Part shown: positions 1 to 14,046 of the stretch, piece by piece
Layout: every line of letters starts with the position of its first letter
How positions within the stretch are numbered: the stretch's first letter is position 1
Source of the DNA: Octopus vulgaris
Lineage: Eukaryota
Assembly: GCA_951406725.2 (NCBI GenBank)
Contig: OX597819.1
Coordinates: 17,422,001-17,486,000 of the forward strand
Length of the DNA: 64,000 nucleotides
Reading direction: 5' to 3'
The notes under the pieces: generated by a model
Database searches by the model: none
What the model was told of the DNA's origin: nothing
The model's input: the letters and a program-made list of their open reading frames with translations, nothing else
Made by a program: the position numbers and the translations under genes

Positions 1-112
1 TCGGTTAACCGATACCTGGGTAGCAAATTCACGTCAGAAAAACACGGTTGAAGCTACATGCCTAGGGCAGAGATCACGTGCTTTCGTGTGGAAATTTTTG
101 TGTTTTTTTAAA

Positions 113-395
113 TACAAATAAATGAAAGAATGGAGTTGAACGACGAATTAACAAAATTCCTTTATTCTCGACATATGTTTCGAAGGCTGCATATTCCTAA
201 TTTCGAAGGAATAAGGGGTGCATTATGCCGCCTTCTCATCTTGATGCTGACATAAGTTCCTTGTTTTTCCTGATGAGAAGGCGGCATAATGCACTCCTTA
301 TTCCTTCGAAATTAGGAATATGCAGCCTTCGAAACATATGTCGAAAATAAAGGAATTTTGTGAATTCGTCGTTCAACTCCATTCTTTCATTTATT

Positions 396-399
<4 letters not shown>
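113..399. mobile_element. Fold-back inverted repeat (arms ~113-240 and ~272-399), PLE pseudo-LTR-like, ending at a (TA)n tract
   Basis: The arms are near-perfect reverse complements. The right arm contains a hammerhead and runs into (TA)n at 398. A further short inverted piece lies at ~458-482. Confidence 0.8.
257..355 (+). ncRNA. Type I hammerhead ribozyme with extended stem II
   Basis: Stem I TTCCTTGTTTTTC/GAAAATAAAGGAA; CTGATGA at 270-276; stem II GAAGGC...GCCTTC with internal GCATA/TATGC and TTCCT/AGGAA; GAAAC-ATAT-GTC at 331-342 (palindromic stem III, GUC cleavage triplet). Confidence 0.85.
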
Positions 400-461
<62 letters not shown>

Positions 462-1215
462 AATAAATGAAAGAATGGAGTTTGTATATATATATATATA
501 TATGAGGAGAGAGATAGGGGGAAGAGAGAAAGAATTGTGTGTGTGTGCAACCGTGTCTGTCCGTGTGTCTGTACATGTCTATAAGCTGTGAAAGTACGTA
601 AATGATACACAAACTAATAAAGTTCATAAAGCCTTAAACTCCATCCAATTTATTTATTTATTTATTTTTTTATTCATTCTATCGATTTTCATTAGCTTTT
701 TTTTTTTTTTCCTTAAGGTATTTTAGAAAATTAAGAATGAGTTTTTTTTTTTTTCTTTCTTTCTTTTTGTTAGATATCATTCAGTGATTGTACAATTATT
801 TATAAATTCAAACAAATCGGTCTCGCAGACAGCGTTTTGCGGCAAGTGAATTGCAAGCGCGCGTGCGCGTTTCTCTGAAAGTATGTATCTATGAATGTGT
901 GTGTGTCTCTACATCTGTTCTATATATTCATTTATGCCTATATTTAAGCATATAATGACCTCAATCTTAGACAGTTTCATAAGTTCCATATCCCCTACTA
1001 CAATGCACATCCTCACTCACTATCTCCACGCCCCACCATTTATAACATTTAACAACAAACATCACCCCGATATGGTCAATCCCTTTGCTAGAAATGTCAG
1101 CCAAATGTTCAGTAACCGTCACCTGCCCTTTCTAAAACATGGAAGGACACACTGAATAATGTAGATGTCTTAGATATACTATTAATGATATTGACGGTGT
1201 CAGCCCTCACATCAA

Positions 1216-1608
1216 AACCACCACCACCACCACCACCACCACCACCACCACCACCGCTGCTTCTTCCGCCACTGCCATATCTATTCTTACTACTATAACC
1301 TCCACCGCCTCGTAAAAACTCCAGTATCACTACCACAACCACAACTACCACACACTCTACCGACATCCTACTCCTCCTCCTCCTCATCATCATCATCAGC
1401 GTCTTCAAACTGAGACCTCAACCACCACCACTACCACCACCACCACAACCACCACCACCACCACCACCACCACCACCACAACCACCACCACCACCACCAC
1501 CACCACCACCACCACCACCACATGTCCACTATTAACCGCACACTCCCCGCCTCGTTCCTAAGGTTCTTCACCATTTCTAATACCTCGATAACCATCACCA
1601 CCACCACC

Positions 1609-1640
<32 letters not shown>

Positions 1641-1760
1641 CAACAACAACTACAATAACAACAGCAACAACAACACTAACGCAGTCCCTTACGCCACCGC
1701 CACCCTCACCTTTACCATCACCACCACCACCAACAACAACAACATCATTACGACGATTAC
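1216..1760. repeat. (CAC)n/(AAC)n trinucleotide microsatellite cluster
   Basis: Directly visible runs. Confidence 0.9.
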
Positions 1761-2079
1761 TATTACCCTGTTACTATCACGAGCAATATTACATTTTCTT
1801 AACCAACCCATCCGTGACTACCCCGACCTGTTACACACTATTCTTTTATAAACCATACGGAAATGATATGAATGGAATGGTAGATGAACACCGTCACCCC
1901 TTACCGCCTCTACCCCTACCTATCGCCACCACCATCACCACCACCGCCTCATCCTTACCCCAAGTACTCTCCCCCCCGCTGCCACATCACACACAGAACC
2001 TCCTTCACTACTTATGTAATTCACGTGATGTTGAATGAGCAACTCTAATCAGCGGTGTGTACGTTTCTCGCTACATATA

Positions 2080-2342
2080 CATACACGCACGCACGCACAC
2101 ACACTTTCTGATGTACACACACACACACACACACATACATACACACAAACACACACACACACACTGATGTACACACACACGTATACATACACACAAACAC
2201 ACAAACACACACACACACAAACACGCACGCACACACATACTGATGTACACACACACACACATACATACACACAAACACACACACACACAAACACACACAC
2301 ATATACTGATGTACACACACACATACACATACATACACACAA

Positions 2343-2373
<31 letters not shown>

Positions 2374-2600
2374 CGCACGCACACACATACTGATGTACAC
2401 ACACACATACATACACACAAACACACACACACACACAAACACACACACATATACTGATGTACACACACACATATACATACATACACACAAACACACACAC
2501 ACACAAACACAAACACGCACGCACACGCACATACTGATGTACACACACACATACACACAAACACACACACACACACAAACACACAAACACACACACACAT
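2080..2600. repeat. Compound CA-rich minisatellite punctuated by CTGATGTA
   Basis: CTGATGTACACACAC recurs about every 55-85 bp. Confidence 0.85.
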
Positions 2601-3008
2601 ATATACATATGTATATATGCATTCATAAATATATGCTCACTGACGTTCATATGAAACTACGAACATATTTTAAGTATACGCGTATACATATATATACATG
2701 CACATAGACACACATACACACGTGTGTGTATATAGACATGCACACAGATATACTTGAAAATAGGTACATGTACCATTACAACAGAAGAATACAACCTACA
2801 TTTACTAGCACGCACACATACACACACATACACGTACAGATACACACAAATACGCACACACACACACGACTATATATATATATGCATGTGTGAGTGTACC
2901 TGCGTTTATATATGTATATGTGTGTACATACATCCATCCATATATATATGTATGTAGATGTATGTATATATTTATATATATGTAGATGTATATATATGTA
3001 TATATAGA

Positions 3009-3107
<99 letters not shown>

Positions 3108-3138
3108 GTATTTACATATATATGTATATGTGTATACA

Positions 3139-3177
<39 letters not shown>

Positions 3178-3186
3178 ATGTATATT

Positions 3187-3265
<79 letters not shown>

Positions 3266-3395
3266 CTGTATATATATATGTGCATACGTACGTGCGTACA
3301 TACAAAGACAGTGATGTATTTATATGCATGTACTTAATTTTCTGTCTCTACATATATATTTATACATACGCGCACGGTATATATGAATATGTTTC

Positions 3396-3458
<63 letters not shown>

Positions 3459-4044
3459 CACTGACATCAACAGTTTTTTTTTTTTACTGACGTCAGATGC
3501 AAGACTATAATTACAGTTAGCGAAAACTATTAGCGAGTGTTGAGAATGTCTTAAGTAGGCTTGTCGAGAAATTACACTGTAGCTAAACGTCTACATACAT
3601 TAACTCTCTTTACTTCAAGTGTCTTCTGCTCAAACCATCCTCAAGCTTCGTGCAGCACCACATTTTCTAGACGCTTCCTAATTATTTCTTGTTAACATTG
3701 ACTCTCTGTACTTTTAGCCAGCGATTCGTCTGCAGTCTGTTGTGTGCCTAAGATTGTCTGCTCTGTAGTCTTCTTCTCTTACTTGCGGCCACCTGCAGTC
3801 ATATTGCAACGCTCACTGCTACGCGTTATTATTGAGGCTTCCATGGAATCAACCAAGAAGTGTTTATGCTGGGGTTGGACCATTTCTTTCCCGTAGGCAA
3901 ACTTAGTATGTATGTATGTATGTATGTATGTATGTATGTATGTACGTATGTATGTATGCATTTGTGTATGTATGTATGTATGCAAGTATGTATGCATTTA
4001 TGTATATACACATACAAATTGCAAACGCTATCTATCTATGTCTG

Positions 4045-4128
<84 letters not shown>

Positions 4129-4137
4129 CCTACCTAC

Positions 4138-4174
<37 letters not shown>

Positions 4175-4175
4175 A

Positions 4176-4219
<44 letters not shown>

Positions 4220-4841
4220 CTCTGTCTGTCTATCTATCTATCTATCTATCTATCCATGTATACATACTTATATACATGTATACATGTATACATATATATG
4301 TGCATCTACATGCCCATATGTGTGTGTGCGTGCGCATACATGTGTGCGCGTGGGCGTGGGCGTGTGCTAAAAATTACAGTATAGATCGGTTTAATCTGAG
4401 ACCAAAATAACGATTTCAGAGAATCACAAGATTAATAATTGACTGCTGTCTTCAGCACAGACATTCCCCAACAGTTGCTTGTGTATTTTCAAAACGCCCC
4501 CGGTTGATGCTTCAGTGATCACTTGACTTACTAGATGTAGCAGTAACAACACCAGCAACTCACTCTTTGTCTTAGACAGAAAGGATGCATTGTTCAATGT
4601 ATTTCTAAAATGGCAGGTTGATCACGGCAGGAATGCTTTTGGTGATATATCTGTACGATTAGGGTTGGCCAGGGCTAAATGACAACAGTAACAACTTGCT
4701 TTTGTTGCACAAATGCAAAGTGCACTTCAGTGAGGTGCAGTGAATTCCATTGGACTGTTATTCACTGCACCATGCTGCTTTGCGGTGATTTTAACGGCTT
4801 TTCGTAACAATAGAGTACAAAATAATAAAAAAAAGATGTAG

Positions 4842-5178
4842 TGACCCCCTTCGGTCAGACACTGACCATGGGTTTGCACCTAGAGAGTTACCCTCTAAGG
4901 CACAAGTCTGGGCGAGGTTGTTTTATGGAAGACCAGAAGTCGCCCATGCATACCGGCCTCCCCTCTCCACGTCACCGATGTTGTCCAAGGGAAAGGCAAG
5001 GGCCGAAACAGCTTGGCATCTGTGACGTCGCAACTCATTTCTACAGCTGAGTGAACTGGAGCAACGTGAAATAAAGTGTCTTGCTCAAGAACACAACACG
5101 CAGCCCGGTCCGGGATTCGAGCTCACAACCTCACGATCGTAAGCTCGACGCTCAAACCACTGAGCCACGCGCCTTCAC
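4842..5178 (-). mobile_element. tRNA-derived SINE (family D) with target-site duplication
   Basis: tRNA-like head on the minus strand (GTGAAGGCGCGTGGCTCAGTGG...TCGAATCCC); central TTGAGCAAGACACTTTATTTCACGTTGCTCCAG domain shared with family E; TSD AAAAAAAGATGTAG at 4828-4841 and 5179-5192. Confidence 0.85.
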
Positions 5179-5239
5179 AAAAAAAGATGTAGGGTGGGAA
5201 TAACAAGGAAACATGAGATCTTTCAGATATAAATAATAA

Positions 5240-5316
5240 TGATTGATTGATTCTAGTTTCAGCTCATGAGCTGTGGCCATGCTGGGGCACCGCCATTTGC
5301 TGGGGCACCGCCATTT
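5240..5316 (-). mobile_element. Short retroposed LINE/SINE 3' tail
   Basis: GGCGGTGCCCCAGCATGGCCACAGCTCATGAGCTGAAAC plus (AATC)n; same motif at ~17440-17480 and ~40222-40285, and related to the family A SINE tail. Confidence 0.7.
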
Positions 5317-6909
5317 GATACACAGAATTCAACTGCTGATCACGCTGTGCACAGGGAAATCATATTGTAAAGCATTACCATTAACAGTAAGTTATGGGAT
5401 AGAAAATTTAATATTTCGGACCGCTGGCCCCTGCTAGCGAGTAAAAATAAGAGAAAAAGTGTATGGCTTTCTTCTTTTCGCTGTAATTGTGAGTAAATAA
5501 AAGTAAAATGGTTAAATTCTATCATTTTTGTAAGCTTGGCCAGTGTTTCTAGCCATAGACGCCTGTCTGACACCCTCGTCAACAGAATACACTTCCGATA
5601 CTGAACACGGGGCAAATGTTAATGAGGTGTCACCCTACCCCCGATAGCCAAACACTCAATGCATTGTGCATGTTTTTGCCTAGTTTTGGTCAGGTTATGT
5701 ATATTGTGTATATTCGGGATAAATTTCTGGGACACTGCCAGGGAAGGTTGTAGATAGCCTTTGGCAACACTGGGATCTATTCATCGCTTTGCAAACCGTC
5801 ATGTGACTGGTTTATTACTTCCTGATGCCAGCTTATAATGGTAGAATCTGCTACTGTGTGCTAAGTATTTGGCCTCTGGTGGCCTCCGTTCTATTGTGCT
5901 GCCTACCTTTAACGGGAATGAGTCGTTCTGTCAAAGCGAGTTAGGCGTCGCTGATTCGACGCCGACTTCTTTGACATCGGAATTTTTTTGTCTTCCTCGT
6001 TTTAATGTTTCTGTCCATTCCTTCCCCTCCTCCTCCCCCTCTCTCTCTTTATTTCTCCATGCTAACATACTTATATCCAAGTGTATGAGAAGAAGGAAAG
6101 TGTTTATGCCAATCGTGTTCACTTAATGACTTATGTCCCTTCTCTCACTCCCTCTGTTTCCCTCTTCTCTCCTTCTCTCTACTTCTCTCTCCATCTCTCT
6201 CCCTCCTCTCATTCGCTTCATCTCTATATGCATATTTCTCTACGTGAACACTAAACAGGCTGAATATGCAGTCAGCCGTATCCAGTCGTCTGTTCCCGGA
6301 CAATTGTGTCAGATCCTCTCATTCGGACATTTAACTTGGTCAACTAAGTCCCTATTGAGCAGTGTAGCAATTATCTTCAACAGATCAGGACTTACAGTTA
6401 GATGCTCTGCTCTTCTAAGTGGGACTCAATTACAACCAGGCGGGTACCAATTTAGAAGTGTCGTATCTTCATAAAAATGGGTGTAGTGTACCTCATTGTT
6501 ATACCTAGGTACTGCTGGGTGGTGGACTTAGCTTAGTATATTACCTGTTTACATCTACGTCTAGTGTCCACCACAGGCGTACTTGCTTACAATGTAGGGG
6601 GTTGTATCTTCCGGGATTCTCACTAACATCTCAGATCCCAGTTTGTTGACGATGACATATGAGGCCTGAATCCAGCATTTCACGGATTGTGTTTGGCAAA
6701 GGTTGACATCTCTTTCTGGTATCGATTCATAAGACTGTTCGATAGATGGGAAAAGAAGATTTTAAATGCCATCATGCAGATGGAAGATTCTTATTATGGC
6801 ACACACTCACACACACGCGCGTGCGCACGCACACGCAAAAACATACGCACACACACGCACACACGCAAGCACACGCACACACGCACGTACACACAAAGGC
6901 TCACGCACA

Positions 6910-7002
6910 CACGCGCACGCATCTACGCGCACGCATCTACGCGCACGCATCTACGCGCACGCATCTACGCGCACGCATCTACGCGCACGCACCTACGCGC
7001 AC
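6910..7002. repeat. 16-bp tandem repeat (ACGCGCACGCATCT-type), about 5 copies
   Basis: Direct repeats visible. Confidence 0.85.
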
Positions 7003-7301
7003 GCACACACACTCTCACCCACGCACGCACTCACCACTAACATGTACGTGCATTTATGTATGCAATAATATCAAAGGATTTCTTGGTAAAACCTCATTTA
7101 TAATAAAACTGTTTTTGGAGTATGGTGAAATTACTTGACTGTAATTTGTTTTGAAATATAAGAAACTTTGAGAAAAATTGCGGCGGAGGAAGTTGTATTA
7201 CATAGAGGAACAGTTTTAGCATTGCATTTTAGTACTGCTTCTTCAGGTTTCTTGTGTCAGCACGGTTGCACAGCCTTTCTTTGCAACCACTGTATACCAA
7301 C

Positions 7302-7367
<66 letters not shown>

Positions 7368-7611
7368 GTGCGTGCGTGCGTGTGTGCGTGTGTGTGTGTG
7401 CGTGTGCGTTTGCGTGCGTGTGTGTGTGTGCGTGCGTGTGTGTGCGTGTGTGCGTGCGTGCGTGAGCGCGTGTGTGTGCGTGTGCGTTTGCGTGCGTGTG
7501 TGTGCGTGCGTGTGTGCGTGTGCGTGTGTGTGTGTGTGCGCGCGCGCGTGTGTGTGCGCGCGCGCGTGTGTGTGCGTGCGCGTGTGTGTGTGTGTGGGTG
7601 CGTGTGTGAAT

Positions 7612-7870
7612 GAGTGAAGGTACGTAGTTTTGTAGTTAAGGTATATTGCTGATGATCGTGAGGTCGCGGGTACAATTCCCGGTGGAATACTCCTGTATTT
7701 CAAAGTGCCAGCTTTGTCACATTTTCTGTCACGTTGAATTTCCTTGAGACTTACGTTAAGAGTATGCGTGTCAGTGCAGTGCTCAGCGATTTACACGTTG
7801 ATTCTACCAGCAGGCAGTTCCTTTGATCGAATCAGTTGAAAACTGATCGTCGTAACCGACGGAGTCCTAG
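7612..7870 (+). mobile_element. SINE family E, diverged
   Basis: tRNA-like head; body is the reverse complement of the copies at 19957-20238 and 26882-27192. Confidence 0.7.
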
Positions 7871-8399
7871 TTATGTATGTGTGTATGTGTGTATGTGTGT
7901 ATGTGTGTGTGTATAGGCATGCATGTTTATATGAGTGTGAGTGTGTTTGTATTTTCTTGCATACATACATACATACATACATACATACATACATACATAC
8001 ATACATACATACATGCATACATACATACATACATACATACATACATGCATGCATGCATATATACACACATAAATATACACAGAAACACGCAAATTTATCT
8101 GGAATTTTATGTCAAAGATATATCTCATTATACGAGATAAATACTTTTTCTCTGTATTGAAATATGTCTGCCAAAATCTACGCTTGCAGACGCCATAATT
8201 CATAAGCTACTTCCGGTATTTGTTTCATTACTCTTTCAACATTAGTCTTAATATTACTCAGGGGTTGGTTCTATTTATTTATTGTTTACATGGTGGTTAT
8301 TGTTGTCATTGTTTATATTGTTATTATTATTAGCATTATCATTAGCGATGGTGCTGCTGCTATTTCCGCTAAATTTGCTGCGGTTGCTGCTGCTACTGG

Positions 8400-8790
8400 A
8401 AAGTCGTCTGCTTCTATTAGAGCCAGCTATCACCCCAGTCTCGTGTACGAACCCCATGGTTTCGCATTGGCCACCGTTGTTCTCCCCAGGGGTCTTTGTC
8501 CCTCATCATCGCTGCCATGTCCTCGTGTTTCTTCCAAAGACCAGTATCTGTCCTTAGGGCATCAACATACGTCATCCTCGGACTCCCACCTTTAGTGTGT
8601 CCGTGTAGGGGCTCCCACTGGAGCATTCAGTGCAGTATCAACTCTGAATGACGGTGAGCATGTTCAGCTAACCTCAGTCTCCTCCCTCTTATTTTCGATC
8701 TAACTTTTGCGAGGCTCTCGTGCAGCTCCGAGTTCTTCATCCCCAACTCTATACGGGTTAATGTTCAGAGCAAACCACAGTATTCTCGTA
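8400..8790 (-). mobile_element. RTE-like LINE 3' fragment (pseudogenised ORF end)
   Basis: Minus-strand peptide LQWEPLHGHTKGGSPRMTYVDALRTDTGL...MRDKDPW, preceded by ...RRLRLAEHAHRH, resembles the C-terminus of RTE-clade ORFs. Confidence 0.7.
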
Positions 8791-8931
8791 TAGTATATAT
8801 ACATGTGTGTGTGTGTGTGTGTATGTGTGTAGATACATAGAGAGAGAAAGAGGGATGGCCTTCTAAATAGCTGCTAACTAATTCACTCGCATGGTACTGG
8901 TCGCCACGGTACCTATAGTAGAAGAGACTTG

Positions 8932-9153
8932 TTGGCAAAAACGTTAGTACGCCGGGCGAAATGCTTAGCGGAATTTCGTCTGCCGTTACGTTTCTGAGTT
9001 AAAATCCCGCCGATGTCGACGTTGCCTTTCCTCCTTTCAGGGTCGATAAATTAAGTATCAGTTGCGTACTGGGGTCGATGTAATCGAATTAATCCGTTTG
9101 TCTGTCTTTGTTTGTCACCTCTACGTTAGCCCCTTGTGGGCAATAAAGAAATA
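8932..9153 (+). mobile_element. SINE family B nested in a decayed family A SINE
   Basis: Matches 12829-13059 and 20259-20492; TSD AGAAGAGACTTG at 8920-8931 and 9154-9165. Confidence 0.85.
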
Positions 9154-9222
9154 AGAAGAGACTTGCCTAAGGTGCCACACAGTGAGACTGAACCTTCAAT
9201 CATGTAGTGGCGAAGCGGTGTA

Positions 9223-9255
<33 letters not shown>

Positions 9256-9257
<2 letters not shown>

Positions 9258-9675
9258 GCGCAGGAGTGGCTGTGTGGTAAGTAGCTTGTTTACCAGCCAC
9301 ACGGTTCCGGGTTCAGTCCCACTGCGTGGCATCTTGGGCAAGTGTCTTCTGCTATAGCCCCGGGCCGACCAATGCCTTGTGAGTGGATTTGGTAGAGAGA
9401 AACTGAAAGAAACCTGTCGTATATATGTATGTATATGTATATATATGTGTGTTTATGTGTTTGTGTGTCTGTGTTTGTCCCCCTTGCATTGCTTGACAAC
9501 CGATGCTGGTGTGTTTACGTCCCCGTCACCTAGCGGTTCGGCAAAAGAGACCGATAGAATAAGTACTGCGCTTACAAAGAATAAGACCCGGGGTCGATTT
9601 GCTCGACTAAAGGCGGTGCTCCAGCATGGCCGCAGTCAAATGACTGACACAAGTAAAAGAGTAAAAGAGTAAAAG
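9256..9675 (+). mobile_element. SINE family A, full length (tRNA-like head, internal (TA)n/(TG)n, LINE-like tail)
   Basis: AGGCGCAGGAGTGGCTGTGTGGTAAG...GGTTCAGTCCC head and (GTAAAAGA)n tail; more than 15 related copies in the window. Confidence 0.9.
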
Positions 9676-10203
9676 TGTATATATATATATATATACATAT
9701 ACAAAGACATGACGGACTCCAGTTCACTTTGTGCATAGCAATTTTCACTCTCATGAGGATTTCTCAACGTGAGTCTAGCTACGGTGAAGCGCCTCAGCTC
9801 AAAATACTTTTGCGTGGTTCAGAGCTGGAAACACGTGGTTGCTAGGTGAACTTTTTACCCTTGATAAGACAGAGGCGTTACCACTTCTCACCCAGCACCC
9901 ACACCCTCTACAATCTTTCAACAAATGCCTTCCAAATATGACACGACTTGTAATAAATCACTGCACCAAAAATGAAATGAAATACATTTGCATATACATA
10001 CATACACACATACATACATACATACACACATACATACATAGATACATACATACATACATACATACTTACATACATGCATACATACTACATACATATATAC
10101 TACATACATACATACATACATATACACATACATATATATATATGCATATAATTATATATATATATAAATATGCATACATATATATGTATGTATATATATA
10201 TGC

Positions 10204-10246
<43 letters not shown>

Positions 10247-10298
10247 GAGTGCGTCTGAGTTATAAATTTATACGACTGCATGTATATTTACATAGAAG

Positions 10299-10342
<44 letters not shown>

Positions 10343-11891
10343 CATACATACATACATACGTACGTACATACATACATGCATATATATATACACACACGCA
10401 CGCACGCACACACGCACGCGGACACGGACACACACATATATATATACTTATATATAAATATACACGCAGTCATATGAATGTATGAATCATATGCACTCGC
10501 AGACACTCAGCCGTATATGCACCACCAACAAAGTGGGCCAAAATAATTTGTATGAGTCAATATCGAACCATCGATCTCGCGATCTATTCTTGTCTGAAAC
10601 TGGATCAAAACAAGTGTGTATATAAGTGGAAGTCTTGTGATAAGGTTTCTGGTAAAGACACAATTGGCGGATTGCCAGAGAAATATAATCTGGAATTTAA
10701 AATCACAACACCACATCCTTGGCAGCTATGTATGTTTGTGTGTGTGTGTATGTATGTATGTATGTATGTATGTATGTATGTATGTATGTATGTATGTATG
10801 TATGTGTATATGTATGTATTTCTGTGTGTGCAAGTGTGTTTATGTATAAATGTATTTATGTATGTACTTACGTGTGTGCATTTGTAGATATGTATATATC
10901 TTTGCTTGCGCGTATGTACGTGCGTGTGTATGTCCGCATTTCTCTTTGAATATATATGTGTGTCTGTGTGTGTATATACACAAGCAAAAATATTATACTC
11001 ATAACACAAAACACAATCAGAAAACAATTCTTCCTAAGTACTAAAACAACATGTACTTTTATTCTTAGGTACACACAGCCACAAATGCGCACGAGTACGA
11101 ACGAACAAACACACACACACACACACCACATACACTAACATGCAATAGCGCACATAAACACACACCCACACGCACACATTAATTACAGAAGTATGAGTTT
11201 CTTCGCCATAACGAAAGTACATTTCCGTGTTTAGCGTTTGGAAAAAATCTAATTGAAGCTGAATAACCTCACGATTCGAACGATAATCATACGCTTGTGG
11301 CTGTGTGGTAAGAAGCTTGCTACATATCGCTATTGTTCCGGGTTCAGTCCCACTCTGTGATACCTTGGGCAAGTGTGTCCTGCCTTAGCCTCCGGCTGAT
11401 CAAAGACTTGCGAGTGGATTTGGTTAATGGAAACTGAAAGAATTCCGTCGAAACGGTCCAGAGCAGAGGACCCTGAGGAAACTGCACCGACGATGGCACA
11501 AGGTTACCTATCCAACAATGTGCAGTCATTGCAGTTGAAAGACGTAGAGGTCCGGAATAATGTGCAGTAAATAAAAAAATCCATGGATGTGAAAAATATC
11601 CACTTTCCTTATCATTGTTAATGCTATATATATATATATCATTTTTTAAATGTCTTGCTTTGAAAAACTGCATTTAGGTATGATTAGTATAATTTTGGTA
11701 GTAATGACTTTGTCCCTCTTAGTGTGAGGCATTTATGTGTAATAATGCCCTCTATACAATATAGATATAATTAATTTGTTCAAAGGAAAAAAATTATTTT
11801 CGAATTCTTTTCTTTTATGAGGTTTTCACGCTAACTACCCGATAATTTCTTGTTAAGATCCCTTATTAAGAGATTATCCTTAATTGTTAAA

Positions 11892-11938
<47 letters not shown>

Positions 11939-12098
11939 GTATGTACATATGGCGTCTCTACAGTTAAAGTCAATTTGATGGAAGAAGTGAGCTTAGGTGA
12001 ACACAAAAATGTGATCACTATAAACGAATCATGTCTGGTTGTTCGGTAACAAATTGCCGCACCCTCATATGTCGTCTAAAGACGGATGGGAGGGTACA

Positions 12099-12171
<73 letters not shown>

Positions 12172-12392
12172 TATATATATATAAACGATAAACGTCGCCC
12201 TTTTCAAGCTTACTTTGGCGTATGTGTTCCCCCCAGCTGGATGGGACGCCAGTCCATCGCAGCGTTACTCAAGAAACAGGAAGAGAGAGTGAGAGAAAGT
12301 TGTGGCGAAAGAGTACAACAGGGGTCGCTACCATTCCCTGCTGGAGCCTCGTGGAGCTTTAGGTGTTTTCGCTCAATAAACACACATATGTT

Positions 12393-12460
<68 letters not shown>

Positions 12461-12587
12461 TATGCACACACACACATACACACACACACATACACGCACA
12501 CATACACACACATACACATACGCACACACACACACACACACACGCGCACATACACACATAAATATTACACTTGAGCAAGCATATATT

Positions 12588-12636
12588 TGACAGCGACTTC
12601 GAAGTTTCGGCCTGTGATGCTATCGTTGGACTGCCA
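12588..12636 (-). ncRNA. Decayed type I hammerhead
   Basis: Minus strand: TGGCAGT-CCAACGA (two changes from CTGACGA)...GCC-GAAAC-TTCGAA-GTC-GCTGTCA; 7-bp stem I and palindromic stem III. Confidence 0.55.
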
Positions 12637-12828
12637 TGAATTGAAGTTAACTTTGGCTTTCTCTAGTCTCTGTTGAGTTAAAATCTTCGTTGGGTTTGAA
12701 TGGGTTTGTGTAGGGTGACGATTAGGCTTTATAGTGAGTTGTTACGGAGAAGTATTTTGGAGAAATTTATTGTTTTGATTTAAATCCAATAAACCCGAAG
12801 ATAACTAAAACTGGTATATCATATACCT

Positions 12829-13059
12829 ATTTCTTTACTACCCACAAGGGGCTAAACACAGAGTGGACAAACAAGGAGAGACAAAGGGATTAAGTCGATT
12901 ACATCGACCCCAGTGCGTAACTGGTACTTAATTTATCGACCCCGAAAGGATGAAAGGCAAAGTCGACCTCGGCGGAATTTGAACTCAGAACGTAACGGCA
13001 GGCGAAATACCGCTAAGCATTTCGCCCGGCGTGCAAACGATTCGGCCAGCTCGCCGCCT
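12829..13059 (-). mobile_element. SINE family B with TSD
   Basis: TSD TATATCATATACCT at 12815-12828 and 13060-13073. Confidence 0.9.
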
Positions 13060-13541
13060 TATATCATATACCTGCCTACCATAAGAAATATTCACACCTG
13101 CTTACAAAGTCGTACATGTATGAATAAATGCCAAAATAATTAATAAATGCCAAAAAGTTTGGCTTCATTCTGACCTTCATGAGAAAAACTCTGCTGTTGT
13201 GGTTTATGCAAATGTAGGGGGTTGGTGAATTACTAGGTCAGTGTTTGAGATTGTACATTTGTTTGGTGTAAGATGAAAGAGAAAACGGCTAGAAATTAAA
13301 TATATCTCAGACGCCATGTATGTCCTTTCTCTATTGAAGTGTTCGGTCAGTAGAGAGCTGATTGTCAATCAGGGGTGAACAGAAGCGAGCGATTCAATGG
13401 AAATCAAAACAGATTAAAGGAAAAACAAATAATGGGAAGACGCAGAAGATAGAAGAAAAAAAAAAAGATGTAAAATAGGAATAAGAAGCAACAAACAAAC
13501 ACGAAGGAATGACGAACATGAAACAATGATAAATAAAAAAT

Positions 13542-13591
<50 letters not shown>

Positions 13592-13924
13592 GCACACGTT
13601 CATATATCATATGCTCATATAATCAGAAAAACAACTTTGAATTAAACAAGCATGTACGTATAAAAGGAGATATATGCAGTCAAACGCATGCATTTAGGCA
13701 TACATGCTTTCATTTTCTTGCTAGAGGCTTGTTGCATGCTGTACTTACACTTTCTTTCTCTCTTCCTATCTCTCTCTCTCTCTCTCTGTCTCCCACGCAT
13801 CGCACTTTTAGTTATGCACACACCACACATCTACATTCATATATGACAGTATATATATACATACATACATACATACATACATATCTACATATATATATAT
13901 ATATTTATATATATATATATACAC

Positions 13925-13955
<31 letters not shown>

Positions 13956-13956
13956 C

Positions 13957-14036
<80 letters not shown>

Positions 14037-14046
14037 TTATGTATGT

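Noticed and set aside
2108-2540. Repeated CTGATGTA resembling a hammerhead core
   Set aside because: There is no GAAA or stem; it is part of a CA minisatellite unit.
6687-6800. FIRLFDRWEK peptide resembling a mariner transposase C-terminus
   Set aside because: It is too short, and no TIR or catalytic motif was found nearby.
9290-9499. Recurrent peptide MSSNARGTNTDTQ...YQIHSQG...[17 protein letters not shown] resembling a multicopy gene family
   Set aside because: It is the antisense reading of SINE family A, and frames are broken in many copies.
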